In this document: one piece after another, positions 35,401-50,400 of the stretch
Layout: every line of letters starts with the position of its first letter
Numbering within the stretch: position 1 is the first letter of the stretch
Assembly (NCBI GenBank): GCA_950097015.1
Contig: CATNEN010000039.1
Coordinates: forward strand, 20,920,454-20,984,453
Source of the DNA: Macrostomum hystrix
Taxonomy: Eukaryota; Animalia; Platyhelminthes
Direction: 5' to 3'
DNA: 64,000 nt
Made by a program: the position numbers and the translations under genes
The notes under the pieces: model-generated
Seen by the model: the letters and a program-made list of their open reading frames with translations, nothing else
Database searches by the model: none
What the model was told of the DNA's origin: nothing

Positions 35401-38400
35401 TACTGGAATGAGATTCTTCAGGACTGCAAAGCTACTGGAATGAGATTCTTAAGGACTGCAAAGCTACTGGAATGAGATTCTTCAGGACTGCAAACCTACT
35501 GGACTGAGATTCTTAAGGACTGCAAAGTTACTGGAATGAGATTCTTGAGGACTGCAAAGCTACTGGACTGAGATTCTTTAGAGCTGCAAAGCTACCGGAC
35601 TGAAATTCTTTAGGGCTGCAAAGCTACTGGACTGAGATTCTTTAGGACTGCAAAGCTACTGGACTGAGATTCTTCAGGACTGCAAAGCTACTGGACTGAG
35701 ATTCTTCAGGACTGCAAAGCTACTGGACTGAGTTTCTTCAGGACTGCAAAGCTACTAGACTGAGATTCTTCTAGACTGCAAAGCTACTGGACTGAGATTC
35801 TTCAGAACTGCAAAGCTATTGGACTGAGATTCTTCGGGATTGCAAAGCTACTGGAGTGAGATTCTTCAGGACTGCAAAGCTACTGGACTTAAATTCTTTA
35901 AGGCTGCAAACCTACTGGACTGAGATTCTTCAGGACTGCAAACCTACTGGACTGAGTTTCTTCAGGACTGCAAAGCTATTAGACTGAGATTCTTCTAGAC
36001 AGCAAAGCTACTGGACTGAGATTCTTCAGAACTGCAAAGCTACTGGACTGAGATTGTTCGGGATTGCAAAGCCACTGGAGTGAGATTCTTCAGGACTGCA
36101 AAGCTACTGGACTTAAATTCTTAAAAGCTGCAAACCTACTGGACTGAGATTCTTCAGGACTGCAAACCTACTGGACTGAGATTCTTCAGGACTGCAAACC
36201 TACTGGACTGAAATTCTACAGGACTGCAAAGCTACTGGACAGAGATTCTTCAGGACTGCAAAGCTACCGGACTATGATTCTTGAGGACTGCAAAGCTACT
36301 GGACTGAGATTCTTCAGGACTGCAAAGCTACTGGACTGGGATTCTTCAGGACTGCAAAGCTACCGGACTGAAATTCTTGAGGACTGCAAAGCTACTGGAC
36401 TGAGATTCTTCAGGACTGCAAAGCTACTGGACTGAGATTCTTCAGGACTGCAAAGCTACTGGACTGAGATTCTTCAGGACTGCAAAGCTACTGGACTGAG
36501 ATTCTTGAGGACTGCAAAGCTACTGGACTGAGATTCTTTAGGACTGCAAAGCTACTGGGCTGAGATTCTTCAGGACTGCAAAGCTACTGGACTGAGATTC
36601 TTCAGGACTGCAAAGCAACTGGACTGAGATTCTTCAGAACTGCAAAGCTACTCGACTAAATTCTTCAGGACTGCAAAGCTACAGGACTGAGATTCTTCAG
36701 GACTGAAAAGCTACTGGACTGAGATTCTTCAGGACTGCAAAGCTACTGGACTGAGATTCTACAGGACTGCAAAGCTACTGGACTGGGATTCTTCAGGACT
36801 GCAAAGCTACTGGAATGAGATTCTTCAGGACTGCAAAGTTACTGGACCGAGATTCTTAAGTACTGCAAAGCTACTGGAATGAGATTCTTCAGAACTGCAA
36901 AGCTACTGGACTGAGATTCTTCAGGACTGGAAAGCTACTGGACTGAGATTCTTCAGGACTGCAAAGCTACTGGACTGAGATTCTTAAGGACTGCAAAGCC
37001 AATTAATGGACTGACATTCTTCAGGACTGCAAAGCTACCAGACTGAGATTCTTCAGGACTGCAAAGCTACCGGAATGAGATTCTACAGAACTGCAAAGCT
37101 ACTGGACTGAGATTCTTCAGGACTGCAAAGCTACCGGAATGAGATTCTTCGGGATTGCAAAGCTACTGGACTGAGATTATTCAGGACTGCAAAGCTACTG
37201 GACTGGGATTCTTCAGGACTGCAAAGCTACAGGACTGAGATTCTTCAGGACTGCAAAACTACTGGACTGAGATTCTTCAGGACTGCAAAGCTACTGGACT
37301 GAGTTTCTTCAGGACTGCAACGCTACTAGACTGAGATTCTTCTAGACTGCAAAGCTACTGGACTGAGATTCTTCAGAACTGCAAAGCTACTGGACTGAGA
37401 TTCTTCGGGATTGCAAAGCTACTGGAGTGAGATTCTTCAGGACTGCAAAGCCACTGGACTTAAATTCTTTAAGGCTGCAAACCTACTGGACTGAGATTCT
37501 TCAGGACTGCAAACCTACTGGACTGAGTTTCTTCAGGACTGCAAAGCTATTAGACTGAGATTCTTCTAGACTGCAAAGCTACTGGACTGAGATTCTTCAG
37601 AACTGCAAAGCTACTGGACTGAGATTCTTCGGGATTGCAAAGCCACTGGAGTGAGATTCTTCAGGACTGCAAAGCTACTGGACTTAAATTCTTTAAAGCT
37701 GCAAACCTACTGGACTGAGATTCTTCAGGACTGCAAACCTACTGGACTGAGATTCTTCAGGACTGCATACCTACTGGACTGAAATTTTACAGGACTGCAA
37801 AGCTACTGGACAGAGATTCTTCAGGACTGCAAAGCTACCGGACTATGATTCTTGAGGACTGCAAAGCTACTGGACTTAGATTCTTCAGGACTGCAAAGCT
37901 ACTGGACTGGGATTCTTCAGGACTGCAAAGCTACCCGACTGAAATTCTTGAGGACTGCAAAGCTACTGGACTGAGATTCTTCAGGACTGCAAAGCTACTG
38001 GACTGAGATTCTTCAGGACTGCAAAGCTACTGGACTGAGATTCTTCAGGACTGCAAAGCTACTGGACTGAGATTCTTGAGGACTGCAAAGCTACTGGACT
38101 GAGATTCTTTAGGACTGCAAAGCTACTGGACTGAGATTCTTCAGGACTGCAAAGCTACTGGACTGAGATTCTTCAGGACTGCAAAGCTACTGGACTGGGA
38201 TTCTTCAGAACTGCAAAGCTAATTAATGGACTGACATTCTTCAGGACTGCAAAGCTACTGGACTGAGATTCTTGAGGACTGCAAAGCTACTGGACTGAGA
38301 TTCTTTAGGACTGCAAAGCTAATTAATGGACTGACATTCTTCAGGACTGCAAAGCTACCAGACTGAGATTCTTCAGGACTGCAAAGCTACCGGAATGAGA

Positions 38401-41400
38401 TTCTACAGAACTGCAAAGCTACTGGACTGAGATTCTTCAGGACTGCAAAGCTACCGGAATGAGATTCTTCGGAATTGCAAAGCTACTGGACTGAGATTAT
38501 TCAGGACTGCAAAGCTACTGGACTGGGATTCTTCAGGACTGCAAAGCTACAGGACTGAGATTCTTCAGGACTGCAAAACTACTGGACTGAGATTCTTCAG
38601 GACTGCAAAGCTACTGGACTGAGTTTCTTCAGGACTGCAACGCTACTAGACTGAGATTCTTCTAGACTGCAAAGCTACTGGACTGAGATTCTTCAGAACT
38701 GCAAAGCTACTGGACTGAGATTCTTCGGGATTGCAAAGCTACTGGAGTGAGATTCTTCAGGACTGCAAAGCCACTGGACTTAAATTCTTTAAGGCTGCAA
38801 ACCTACTGGACTGAGATTCTTCAGGACTGCAAACCTACTGGACTGAGTTTCTTCAGGACTGCAAAGCTATTAGACTGAGATTCTTCTAGACTGCAAAGCT
38901 ACTGGAGTGAGATTCTTCAGGACTGCAAAGCCACTGGACTTAAATTCTTTAAGGCTGCAAACCTACTGGACTGAGTTTCTTCAGGACTGCAAAGCTATTA
39001 GACTGAGATTCTTCAGGACTGCAAAGCTACTGGACTGAGATTCTTCAGGACTGCAAAGCAACTGGACTGAGATTCTTCAGAACTGCAAAGCTACTCGACT
39101 AAATTCTTCAGGACTGCAAAGCTACAGGACTGAGATTCTTCAGGACTGAAAAGCTACTGGACTGAGATTCTTCAGGACTGCAAAGCTACTGGACTGAGAT
39201 TCTACAGGACTGCAAAGCTACTGGACTGGGATTCTTCAGGACTGCAAAGCTACTGGAATGAGATTCTTCAGGACTGCAAAGTTACTGGACCGAGATTCTT
39301 AAGTACTGCAAAGCTACTGGAATGAGATTCTTCAGAACTGCAAAGCTACTGGACTGAGATTCTTCAGGACTGGAAAGCTACTGGACTGAGATTCTTCAGG
39401 ACTGCAAAGCTACTGGACTGAGATTCTTAAGGACTGCAAAGCCAATTAATGGACTGACATTCTTCAGGACTGCAAAGCTACCAGACTGAGATTCTTCAGG
39501 ACTGCAAAGCTACCGGAATGAGATTCTACAGAACTGCAAAGCTACTGGACTGAGATTCTTCAGGACTGCAAAGCTACCGGAATGAGATTCTTCGGGATTG
39601 CAAAGCTACTGGACTGAGATTATTCAGGACTGCAAAGCTACTGGACTGGGATTCTTCAGGACTGCAAAGCTACAGGACTGAGATTCTTCAGGACTGCAAA
39701 ACTACTGGACTGAGATTCTTCAGGACTGCAAAGCTACTGGACTGAGTTTCTTCAGGACTGCAACGCTACTAGACTGAGATTCTTCTAGACTGCAAAGCTA
39801 CTGGACTGAGATTCTTCAGAACTGCAAAGCTACTGGACTGAGATTCTTCGGGATTGCAAAGCTACTGGAGTGAGATTCTTCAGGACTGCAAAGCCACTGG
39901 ACTTAAATTCTTTAAGGCTGCAAACCTACTGGACTGAGATTCTTCAGGACTGCAAACCTACTGGACTGAGTTTCTTCAGGACTGCAAAGCTATTAGACTG
40001 AGATTCTTCTAGACTGCAAAGCTACTGGACTGAGATTCTTCAGAACTGCAAAGCTACTGGACTGAGATTCTTCGGGATTGCAAAGCCACTGGAGTGAGAT
40101 TCTTCAGGACTGCAAAGCTACTGGACTTAAATTCTTTAAAGCTGCAAACCTACTGGACTGAGATTCTTCAGGACTGCAAACCTACTGGACTGAGATTCTT
40201 CAGGACTGCATACCTACTGGACTGAAATTTTACAGGACTGCAAAGCTACTGGACAGAGATTCTTCAGGACTGCAAAGCTACCGGACTATGATTCTTGAGG
40301 ACTGCAAAGCTACTGGACTTAGATTCTTCAGGACTGCAAAGCTACTGGACTGGGATTCTTCAGGACTGCAAAGCTACCCGACTGAAATTCTTGAGGACTG
40401 CAAAGCTACTGGACTGAGATTCTTCAGGACTGCAAAGCTACTGGACTGAGATTCTTCAGGACTGCAAAGCTACTGGACTGAGATTCTTCAGGACTGCAAA
40501 GCTACTGGACTGAGATTCTTGAGGACTGCAAAGCTACTGGACTGAGATTCTTTAGGACTGCAAAGCTACTGGACTGAGATTCTTCAGGACTGCAAAGCTA
40601 CTGGACTGAGATTCTTCAGGACTGCAAAGCTACTGGACTGGGATTCTTCAGAACTGCAAAGCTAATTAATGGACTGACATTCTTCAGGACTGCAAAGCTA
40701 CTGGACTGAGATTCTTGAGGACTGCAAAGCTACTGGACTGAGATTCTTTAGGACTGCAAAGCTAATTAATGGACTGACATTCTTCAGGACTGCAAAGCTA
40801 CCAGACTGAGATTCTTCAGGACTGCAAAGCTACCGGAATGAGATTCTACAGAACTGCAAAGCTACTGGACTGAGATTCTTCAGGACTGCAAAGCTACCGG
40901 AATGAGATTCTTCGGAATTGCAAAGCTACTGGACTGAGATTATTCAGGACTGCAAAGCTACTGGACTGGGATTCTTCAGGACTGCAAAGCTACAGGACTG
41001 AGATTCTTCAGGACTGCAAAACTACTGGACTGAGATTCTTCAGGACTGCAAAGCTACTGGACTGAGTTTCTTCAGGACTGCAACGCTACTAGACTGAGAT
41101 TCTTCTAGACTGCAAAGCTACTGGACTGAGATTCTTCAGAACTGCAAAGCTACTGGACTGAGATTCTTCGGGATTGCAAAGCTACTGGAGTGAGATTCTT
41201 CAGGACTGCAAAGCCACTGGACTTAAATTCTTTAAGGCTGCAAACCTACTGGACTGAGATTCTTCAGGACTGCAAACCTACTGGACTGAGTTTCTTCAGG
41301 ACTGCAAAGCTATTAGACTGAGATTCTTCTAGACTGCAAAGCTACTGGACTGAGATTCTTCAGAACTGCAAAGCTACTGGACTGAGATTCTTCGGGATTG

Positions 41401-44400
41401 CAAAGCCACTGGAGTGAGATTCTTCAGGACTGCAAAGCTACTGGACTTAAATTCTTTAAAGCTGCAAACCTACTGGACTGAGATTCTTCAGGACTGCAAA
41501 CCTACTGGACTGAGATTCTTCAGGACTGCATACCTACTGGACTGAAATTTTACAGGACTGCAAAGCTACTGGACAGAGATTCTTCAGGACTGCAAAGCTA
41601 CCGGACTATGATTCTTGAGGACTGCAAAGCTACTGGACTTAGATTCTTCAGGACTGCAAAGCTACTGGACTGGGATTCTTCAGGACTGCAAAGCTACCCG
41701 ACTGAAATTCTTGAGGACTGCAAAGCTACTGGACTGAGATTCTTCAGGACTGCAAAGCTACTGGACTGAGATTCTTCAGGACTGCAAAGCTACTGGACTG
41801 AGATTCTTCAGGACTGCAAAGCTACTGGACTGAGATTCTTGAGGACTGCAAAGCTACTGGACTGAGATTCTTTAGGACTGCAAAGCTACTGGACTGAGAT
41901 TCTTCAGGACTGCAAAGCTACTGGACTGAGATTCTTCAGGACTGCAAAGCTACTGGAATGAGATTCTTCAGGACTGCAAAGTTACTGGACCGAGATTCTT
42001 CAGGACTGGAAAGCTACTGGACTGAGATTCTTCAGGACTGCAAAGCTACTGGACTGAGATTCTTCAGGACTGGAAAGCTACTGGACTGAGATTCTTCAGG
42101 ACTGCAAAGCTACTGGACTGAGATTCTTCAGAACTGCAAAGCTACTGGACTAAATTCTTCAGGACTGCAAAGCTACAGGACTGAGATTCTTCAGGACTGC
42201 AAAGCTACTGGACTGAGATTCTTCAGAACTGCAAAGCTACTGGACTAAATTTTTCAGGACTGCAAAGCTACAGGACTGAGATTCTTCAGGACTGCAAAGC
42301 TACTGGACTGAGATTCTTCAGGACTGCAAAGCTACTGGACTGAGATTCTACAGGACTGCAAAGCTACTGGACTGGGATTCTTCAGGACTGCAAAGCTACT
42401 GGAATGAGATTCTTCAGGACTGCAAAGCTACTGGACTGAGATTCTTCAGGACTGCAAAGCTACTGGACTGAGATTCTTCAGAACTGCAAAGCTACTGGAC
42501 TAAATTCTTCAGGACTGCAAAGCTACAGGACTGAGATTCTTCAGGACTGCAAAGCTACTGGACTGAGATTCTTCAGGACTGCAAAGCTACTGGACTGAGA
42601 TTCTACAGGACTGCAAAGCTACTGGACTGGGATTCTTCAGGACTGCAAAGCTACTGGAATGAGATTCTTCAGGACTGCAAAGTTACTGGACCGAGATTCT
42701 TAAGTACTGCAAAGCTACTGGAATGAGATTCTTCAGGACTGCAAAGCTACTGGACTGAGATTCTTCAGGACTGGAAAGCTACTGGACTGAGATTCTTCAG
42801 GACTGCAAAGCTACTGGACTGAGATTCTTAAGGACTGCAAAGCCAATTAATGGACTGACATTCTTCAGGACTGCAAAGCTACCAGACTGAGATTCTTCAG
42901 GACTTCAAAGCTACCGGAATGAGATTCTACAGGACTGCAAAGCTACTGGACTGAGATTCTTCAGGACTGCAAAGCTACCGGAATGAGATTCTTCGGGATT
43001 GCAAAGCTACTGGACTGAGATTATTCAGGACTGCAAAGCCACTGGACTGGGATTCTTCAGGACTGCAAAGCTACTGAACTGAGATTCTAAAGGACTGCAA
43101 AGCTACTGGACTGGGATTCTTCAGGACTGCAAACCTACTGGACTGAGATTCTACAGGACTGCAAATCTACTGGACTGGGATTCTTCAGGACTGCAAAGCT
43201 ACTGGACTGAGATTCTTCAGGACTGCAAAGCTACTGGAATGAGATTCTTAAGGACTGCAAAGCTACTGGAATGAGATTCTTCAGGACTGCAAAGCTACTG
43301 GACTGAGATTCTTCAGGACTGCAAAGCTACTAGACTGAGATTCTTCTAGACTGCAAAGCTACTGGACTGAGATTCTTCAGAACTGCAAAGCTACTGGACT
43401 GAGATTCTTCGGGATTGCAAAGCTACTGGAGTGAGATTCTTCAGGACTGAAAAGCTACTGGACTGAGATTCTTCAGGACTGCAAAGCTACTGGACTGAGA
43501 TTCTTCAGGACTGCAAAGCTACTGGACTGAGATTCTTGAGGACTGCAAAGCTACTGGACTGAGATTCTTTAGGACTGCAAAGCTACTGGACTGAGATTCT
43601 TCAGGACTGCAAAGCTACTGGACTGAGATTCTTCAGGACTGCAAAGCTACTGGACTGGGATTCTTCAGAACTGCAAAGCTAATTAATGGACTGACATTCT
43701 TCAGGACTGCAAAGCTACTGGACTGAGATTCTTGAGGACTGCAAAGCTACTGGACTGAGATTCTTTAGGACTGCAAAGCTACTGGACTGAGTTTCTTCAG
43801 GACTGCAAAGCTACTGGACTGAGATTCTTCAGGACTGCAAAGCTACTGGACTGAGATTCTTCAGAACTGCAAAGCTACTGGACTAAATTCTTCATGACTG
43901 CAAAGCTACAGGACTGAGATTCTTCTAGACTGCAAAGCTACTGGACTGAGATTCTTCAGGACTGCAAAGCTACTGGACTGAGATTCTACAGGACTGCAAA
44001 GCTACTGGACTGGGATTCTTCAGGACTGCAAAGCTACTGGAATGAGATTCTTCAGGACTGCAAAGTTACTGGACCGAGATTCTTCAGGACTGGAAAGCTA
44101 CTGGACTGAGATTCTTCAGGACTGCAAAGCTACTGGACTGAGATTCTTCAGGACTGGAAAGCTACTGGACTGAGATTCTTCAGGACTGCAAAGCTACTGG
44201 ACTGAGACTCTTCAGAACTGCAAAGCTACTGGACTGAGACTCTTCAGAACTGCAAAGCTACTGGACTGAGACTCTTCAGAACTGCAAAGCTACTGGACTG
44301 GGATTCTTCAGGACTGCAAACCTACTGGACTGAGATTCTACAGGACTGCAAATCTACTGGACTGAGACTCTTCAGGACTGCAAAGCTACTGGACTGAGAT

Positions 44401-47400
44401 TCTTCAGAACTGCAAAGCTACTGGACTAAATTCTTCAGGACTGCAAAGCTACAGGACTGAGATTCTTCAGGACTGCAAAGCTACTGGACTGAGATTCTTC
44501 AGGACTGCAAAGCTACTGGACTGAGATTCTACAGGACTGCAAAGCTACTGGACTGGGATTCTTCAGGACTGCAAAGCTACTGGAATGAGATTCTTCAGGA
44601 CTGCAAAGCTACTGGACTGAGATTCTTCAGGACTGCAAAGCTACTGGACTGAGATTCTTCAGAACTGCAAAGCTACTGGACTAAATTCTTCAGGACTGCA
44701 AAGCTACAGGACTGAGATTCTTCAGGACTGCAAAGCTACTGGACTGAGATTCTTCAGGACTGCAAAGCTACTGGACTGAGATTCTACAGGACTGCAAAGC
44801 TACTGGACTGGGATTCTTCAGGACTGCAAAGCTACTGGAATGAGATTCTTCAGGACTGCAAAGTTACTGGACCGAGATTCTTAAGTACTGCAAAGCTACT
44901 GGAATGAGATTCTTCAGGACTGCAAAGCTACTGGACTGAGATTCTTCAGGACTGGAAAGCTACTGGACTGAGATTCTTCAGGACTGCAAAGCTACTGGAC
45001 TGAGATTCTTAAGGACTGCAAAGCCAATTAATGGACTGACATTCTTCAGGACTGCAAAGCTACCAGACTGAGATTCTTCAGGACTTCAAAGCTACCGGAA
45101 TGAGATTCTACAGGACTGCAAAGCTACTGGACTGAGATTCTTCAGGACTGCAAAGCTACCGGAATGAGATTCTTCGGGATTGCAAAGCTACTGGACTGAG
45201 ATTATTCAGGACTGCAAAGCCACTGGACTGGGATTCTTCAGGACTGCAAAGCTACTGAACTGAGATTCTAAAGGACTGCAAAGCTACTGGACTGGGATTC
45301 TTCAGGACTGCAAACCTACTGGACTGAGATTCTACAGGACTGCAAATCTACTGGACTGGGATTCTTCAGGACTGCAAAGCTACTGGACTGAGATTCTTCA
45401 GGACTGCAAAGCTACTGGACTGAGATTCTTAAGGACTGCAAAGCTACTGGAATGAGATTCTTCAGGACTGCAAAGCTACTGGACTGAGATTCTTCAGGAC
45501 TGCAAAGCTACTAGACTGAGATTCTTCTAGACTGCAAAGCTACTGGACTGAGATTCTTCAGAACTGCAAAGCTACTGGACTGAGATTCTTCGGGATTGCA
45601 AAGCTACTGGAGTGAGATTCTTCAGGACTGAAAAGCTTCTGGACTTAAACTCTTTAAGGCTGCAAACCTACTGGACTGAGATTCTTCAGGACTGCAAACC
45701 TACTGGACTGAAATTCTTCAGGACTGCAAACCTACTGGACTGAGATTCTTAAGGACTGCAAACCTACTGGACTGAGACTCTTCAGGACTGCAAACCTACT
45801 GGACTGAGATTCTTCAGGACTGCAAACCTACTGGACTGAAATTCTTCAGGACTGCAAAGCTACTGGACTGAGATTCTTCAGGACTGCAAACCTACTGGAC
45901 TGAAATTCTTCAGGACTGCAAAGCTACTGGACTGAGATTCTTCAGGACTGCAAAGCTACCGGACTATGATTCTTGAGGACTGCAAAGCTACTGGACTGAA
46001 ATTCTACAGGACTGCAAAGCTACTGGACAGAGATTCTTCAGGACTGCAAAGCTACTGGACTGAGATTCTTCACGACTGCAAAGCTACTGGACTGGGATTC
46101 TTCAGGACTGCAAAGCTACTGGACTGAAATTCTTGAGGACTGCAAAGCTACTGGACTGAGATTCTTCAGGACTGCAAAGCTACTGGACTGAGATTCTTCA
46201 GGACTGCAAAGCTACTGGACTGAGATTCTTCAGGACTGCAAAGCTACTGGACTGAGATTCTTGAGGACTGCAAAGCTACTGGACTGAGATTCTTTAGGAC
46301 TGCAAAGCTACTGGACAAAATTCTTCAGGACTGCAAAGCTACAGGACTAAGATTCTTCAGGACTGCAAAGCTACTGGACTGAGATTCTTCAGGACTGCAA
46401 AGCAACTGGACTGAGATTCTACAGGACTGCAAAGCTACTGGACTGGGATTCTTCAGGACTGCAAAGCTACTGGAATGAGATTCTTCAGGACTGCAAAGCT
46501 ACTGGAATGAGATTCTTAAGGACTGCAAAGCTACTGGAATGAGATTCTTCAGGACTGCAAACCTACTGGACTGAGATTCTTAAGGACTGCAAAGTTACTG
46601 GAATGAGATTCTTGAGGACTGCAAAGCTACTGGACTGAGATTCTTTAGAGCTGCAAAGCTACCGGACTGAAATTCTTTAGGGCTGCAAAGCTACTGGACT
46701 GAGATTCTTTAGGACTGCAAAGCTACTGGACTGAGATTCTTCAGGACTGCAAAGCTATTGGACTGAGATTCTTCAGGACTGCAAAGCTACTGGACTGAGT
46801 TTCTTCAGGACTGCAAAGCTACTAGACTGAGATTCTTCTAGACTGCAAAGCTACTGGACTGAGATTCTTCAGAACTGCAAAGCTATTGGACTGAGATTCT
46901 TCGGGATTGCAAAGCTACTGGAGTGAGATTCTTCAGGACTGCAAAGCTACTGGACTTAAATTCTTTAAGGCTGCAAACCTACTGGACTGAGATTCTTCAG
47001 GACTGCAAACCTACTGGACTGAGTTTCTTCAGGACTGCAAAGCTATTAGACTGAGATTCTTCTAGACAGCAAAGCTACTGGACTGAGATTCTTCAGAACT
47101 GCAAAGCTACTGGACTGAGATTGTTCGGGATTGCAAAGCCACTGGAGTGAGATTCTTCAGGACTGCAAAGCTACTGGACTGAGATTCTTCAGAACTGCAA
47201 AGCTACTGGACTAAATTCTTCATGACTGCAAAGCTACAGGACTGAGATTCTTCAGGACTGCAAAGCTACTGGACTGAGATTCTTCAGGACTGCAAAGCTA
47301 CTGGACTGAGATTCTACAGGACTGCAAAGCTACTGGACTGGGATTCTTCAGGACTGCAAAGCTACTGGAATGAGATTCTTCAGGACTGCAAAGTTACTGG

Positions 47401-50400
47401 ACCGAGATTCTTCAGGACTGGAAAGCTACTGGACTGAGATTCTTCAGGACTGCAAAGCTACTGGACTGAGATTCTTCAGGACTGGAAAGCTACTGGACTG
47501 AGATTCTTCAGGACTGCAAAGCTACTGGACTGAGATTCTTCAGAACTGCAAAGCTACTGGACTAAATTCTTCAGGACTGCAAAGCTACAGGACTGAGATT
47601 CTTCAGGACTGCAAAGCTACTGGACTGAGATTCTTCAGAACTGCAAAGCTACTGGACTAAATTCTTCAGGACTGCAAAGCTACAGGACTGAGATTCTTCA
47701 GGACTGCAAAGCTACTGGACTGAGATTCTTCAGGACTGCAAAGCTACTGGACTGAGATTCTACAGGACTGCAAAGCTACTGGACTGGGATTCTTCAGGAC
47801 TGCAAAGCTACTGGAATGAGATTCTTCAGGACTGCAAAGCTACTGGACTGAGATTCTTCAGGACTGCAAAGCTACTGGACTGAGATTCTTCAGAACTGCA
47901 AAGCTACTGGACTAAATTCTTCAGGACTGCAAAGCTACAGGACTGAGATTCTTCAGGACTGCAAAGCTACTGGACTGAGATTCTTCAGGACTGCAAAGCT
48001 ACTGGACTGAGATTCTACAGGACTGCAAAGCTACTGGACTGGGATTCTTCAGGACTGCAAAGCTACTGGAATGAGATTCTTCAGGACTGCAAAGTTACTG
48101 GACCGAGATTCTTAAGTACTGCAAAGCTACTGGAATGAGATTCTTCAGGACTGCAAAGCTACTGGACTGAGATTCTTCAGGACTGGAAAGCTACTGGACT
48201 GAGATTCTTCAGGACTGCAAAGCTACTGGACTGAGATTCTTAAGGACTGCAAAGCCAATTAATGGACTGACATTCTTCAGGACTGCAAAGCTACCAGACT
48301 GAGATTCTTCAGGACTGCAAAGCTACCGGAATGAGATTCTACAGGACTGCAAAGCTACTGGACTGAGATTCTTCAGGACTGCAAAGCTACCGGAATGAGA
48401 TTCTACAGGACTGCAAATCTACTGGACTGGGATTCTTCAGGACTGCAAAGCTACTGGACTGAGATTCTACAGGACTGCAAATCTACTGGACTGGGATTCT
48501 TCAGGACTGCAAAGCTACTGGACTGAGATTCTTCAGGACTGCAAAGCTACTGGAATGAGATTCTTAAGGACTGCAAAGCTACTGGAATGAGATTCTTCAG
48601 GACTGCAAAGCTACTGGACTGAGATTCTTCAGGACTGCAAAGCTACTAGACTGAGATTCTTCTAGACTGCAAAGCTACTGGACTGAGATTCTTCAGAACT
48701 GCAAAGCTACTGGACTGAGATTCTTCGGGATTGCAAAGCTACTGGAGTGAGATTCTTCAGGACTGAAAAGCTTCTGGACTTTAACTCTTTAAGGCTGCAA
48801 ACCTACTGGACTGAGATTCTTCAGGACTGCAAACCTACTGGACTGAAATTCTTCAGGACTGCAAACCTACTGGACTGAGATTCTTAAGGACTGCAAACCT
48901 ACTGGACTGAGACTCTTCAGGACTGCAAACCTACTGGACTGAGATTCTTCAGGACTGCAAACCTACTGGACTGAAATTCTTCAGGACTGCAAAGCTACTG
49001 GACTGAGATTCTTCAGGACTGCAAACCTACTGGACTGAAATTCTTCAGGACTGCAAAGCTACTGGACTGAGATTCTTCAGGACTGCAAAGCTACCGGACT
49101 ATGATTCTTGAGGACTGCAAAGCTACTGGACTGAAATTCTACAGGACTGCAAAGCTACTGGACTGAGATTCTTCAGGACTGCAAAGCTACTGGACTGAGA
49201 TTCTTCACGACTGCAAAGCTACTGGACTGGGATTCTTCAGGACTGCAAAGCTACTGGACTGAAATTCTTGAGGACTGCAAAGCTACTGGACTGAGATTCT
49301 TCAGGACTGCAAAGCTACTGGACTGAGATTCTTCAGGACTGCAAAGCTACTGGACTGAGATTCTTCAGGACTGCAAAGCTACTGGACTGAGATTCTTGAG
49401 GACTGCAAAGCTACTGGACTGAGATTCTTTAGGACTGCAAAGCTACTGGACAAAATTCTTCAGGACTGCAAAGCTACAGGACTGAGATTCTTCAGGACTG
49501 CAAAGCTACTGGACTGAGATTCTTCAGGACTGCAAAGCAACTGGACTGAGATTCTACAGGACTGCAAAGCTACTGGACTGAGATTCTTCAGGACTGCAAA
49601 GCTACTGGAATGAGATTCTTCAGGACTGCAAAGTTACTGGACCGAGATTCTTAAGTACTGCAAAGCTACCGGAATGAGATTCTTCAGGACTGCAAAGCTA
49701 CTGGATTGAGATTCTTCAGGACTGCAAAGCTACTGGACTGAGATTCTTAAGGACTGCAAAGCCAATTAATGGACTGACATTCTTCAGGACTGCAAAGCTA
49801 CCAGACTGAGATTCTTCAGGACTGCAAAGCTACCGGAATGAGATTCTACAGGACTGCAAAGCTACTGGACTGAGATTCTTCAGGACTGCAAAGCTACTGG
49901 AATGAGATTCTTCGGGATTGCAAAGCTACTGGACTGAGATTCTTTAGGACTGCAAAGCTACTGGACTGGGATTTTTCAGGACTGCAAAGCTACTGGACTG
50001 AGATTCTACAGGACTGCAAAGCTACTGGACTGGGATTCTTCAGGACTGCAAACCTACTGGACTGAGATTCTACAGGACTGCAAATCTACTGGACTGGGAT
50101 TCTTCAGGACTGCAAAGCTACTGGAATGAGATTCTTCAGGACTGCAAAGCTACTGGAATGAGATTCTTAAGGACTGCAAAGCTACTGGAATGAGATTCTT
50201 CAGGACTGCAAAGCTACTGGACTGAGATTCTTAAGGACTGCAAAGCTACTGGAATGAGATTCTTGAGGACTGCAATGCTACTGGACTGAGATTCTTTAGA
50301 GCTGCAAAGCTACCGGACTGAAATTCTTTAGGGCTGCAAAGCTACTGGACTGACATTCTTTAGGACTGCAAAGCTACTGGACTGAGATTCTTCAGGACTG

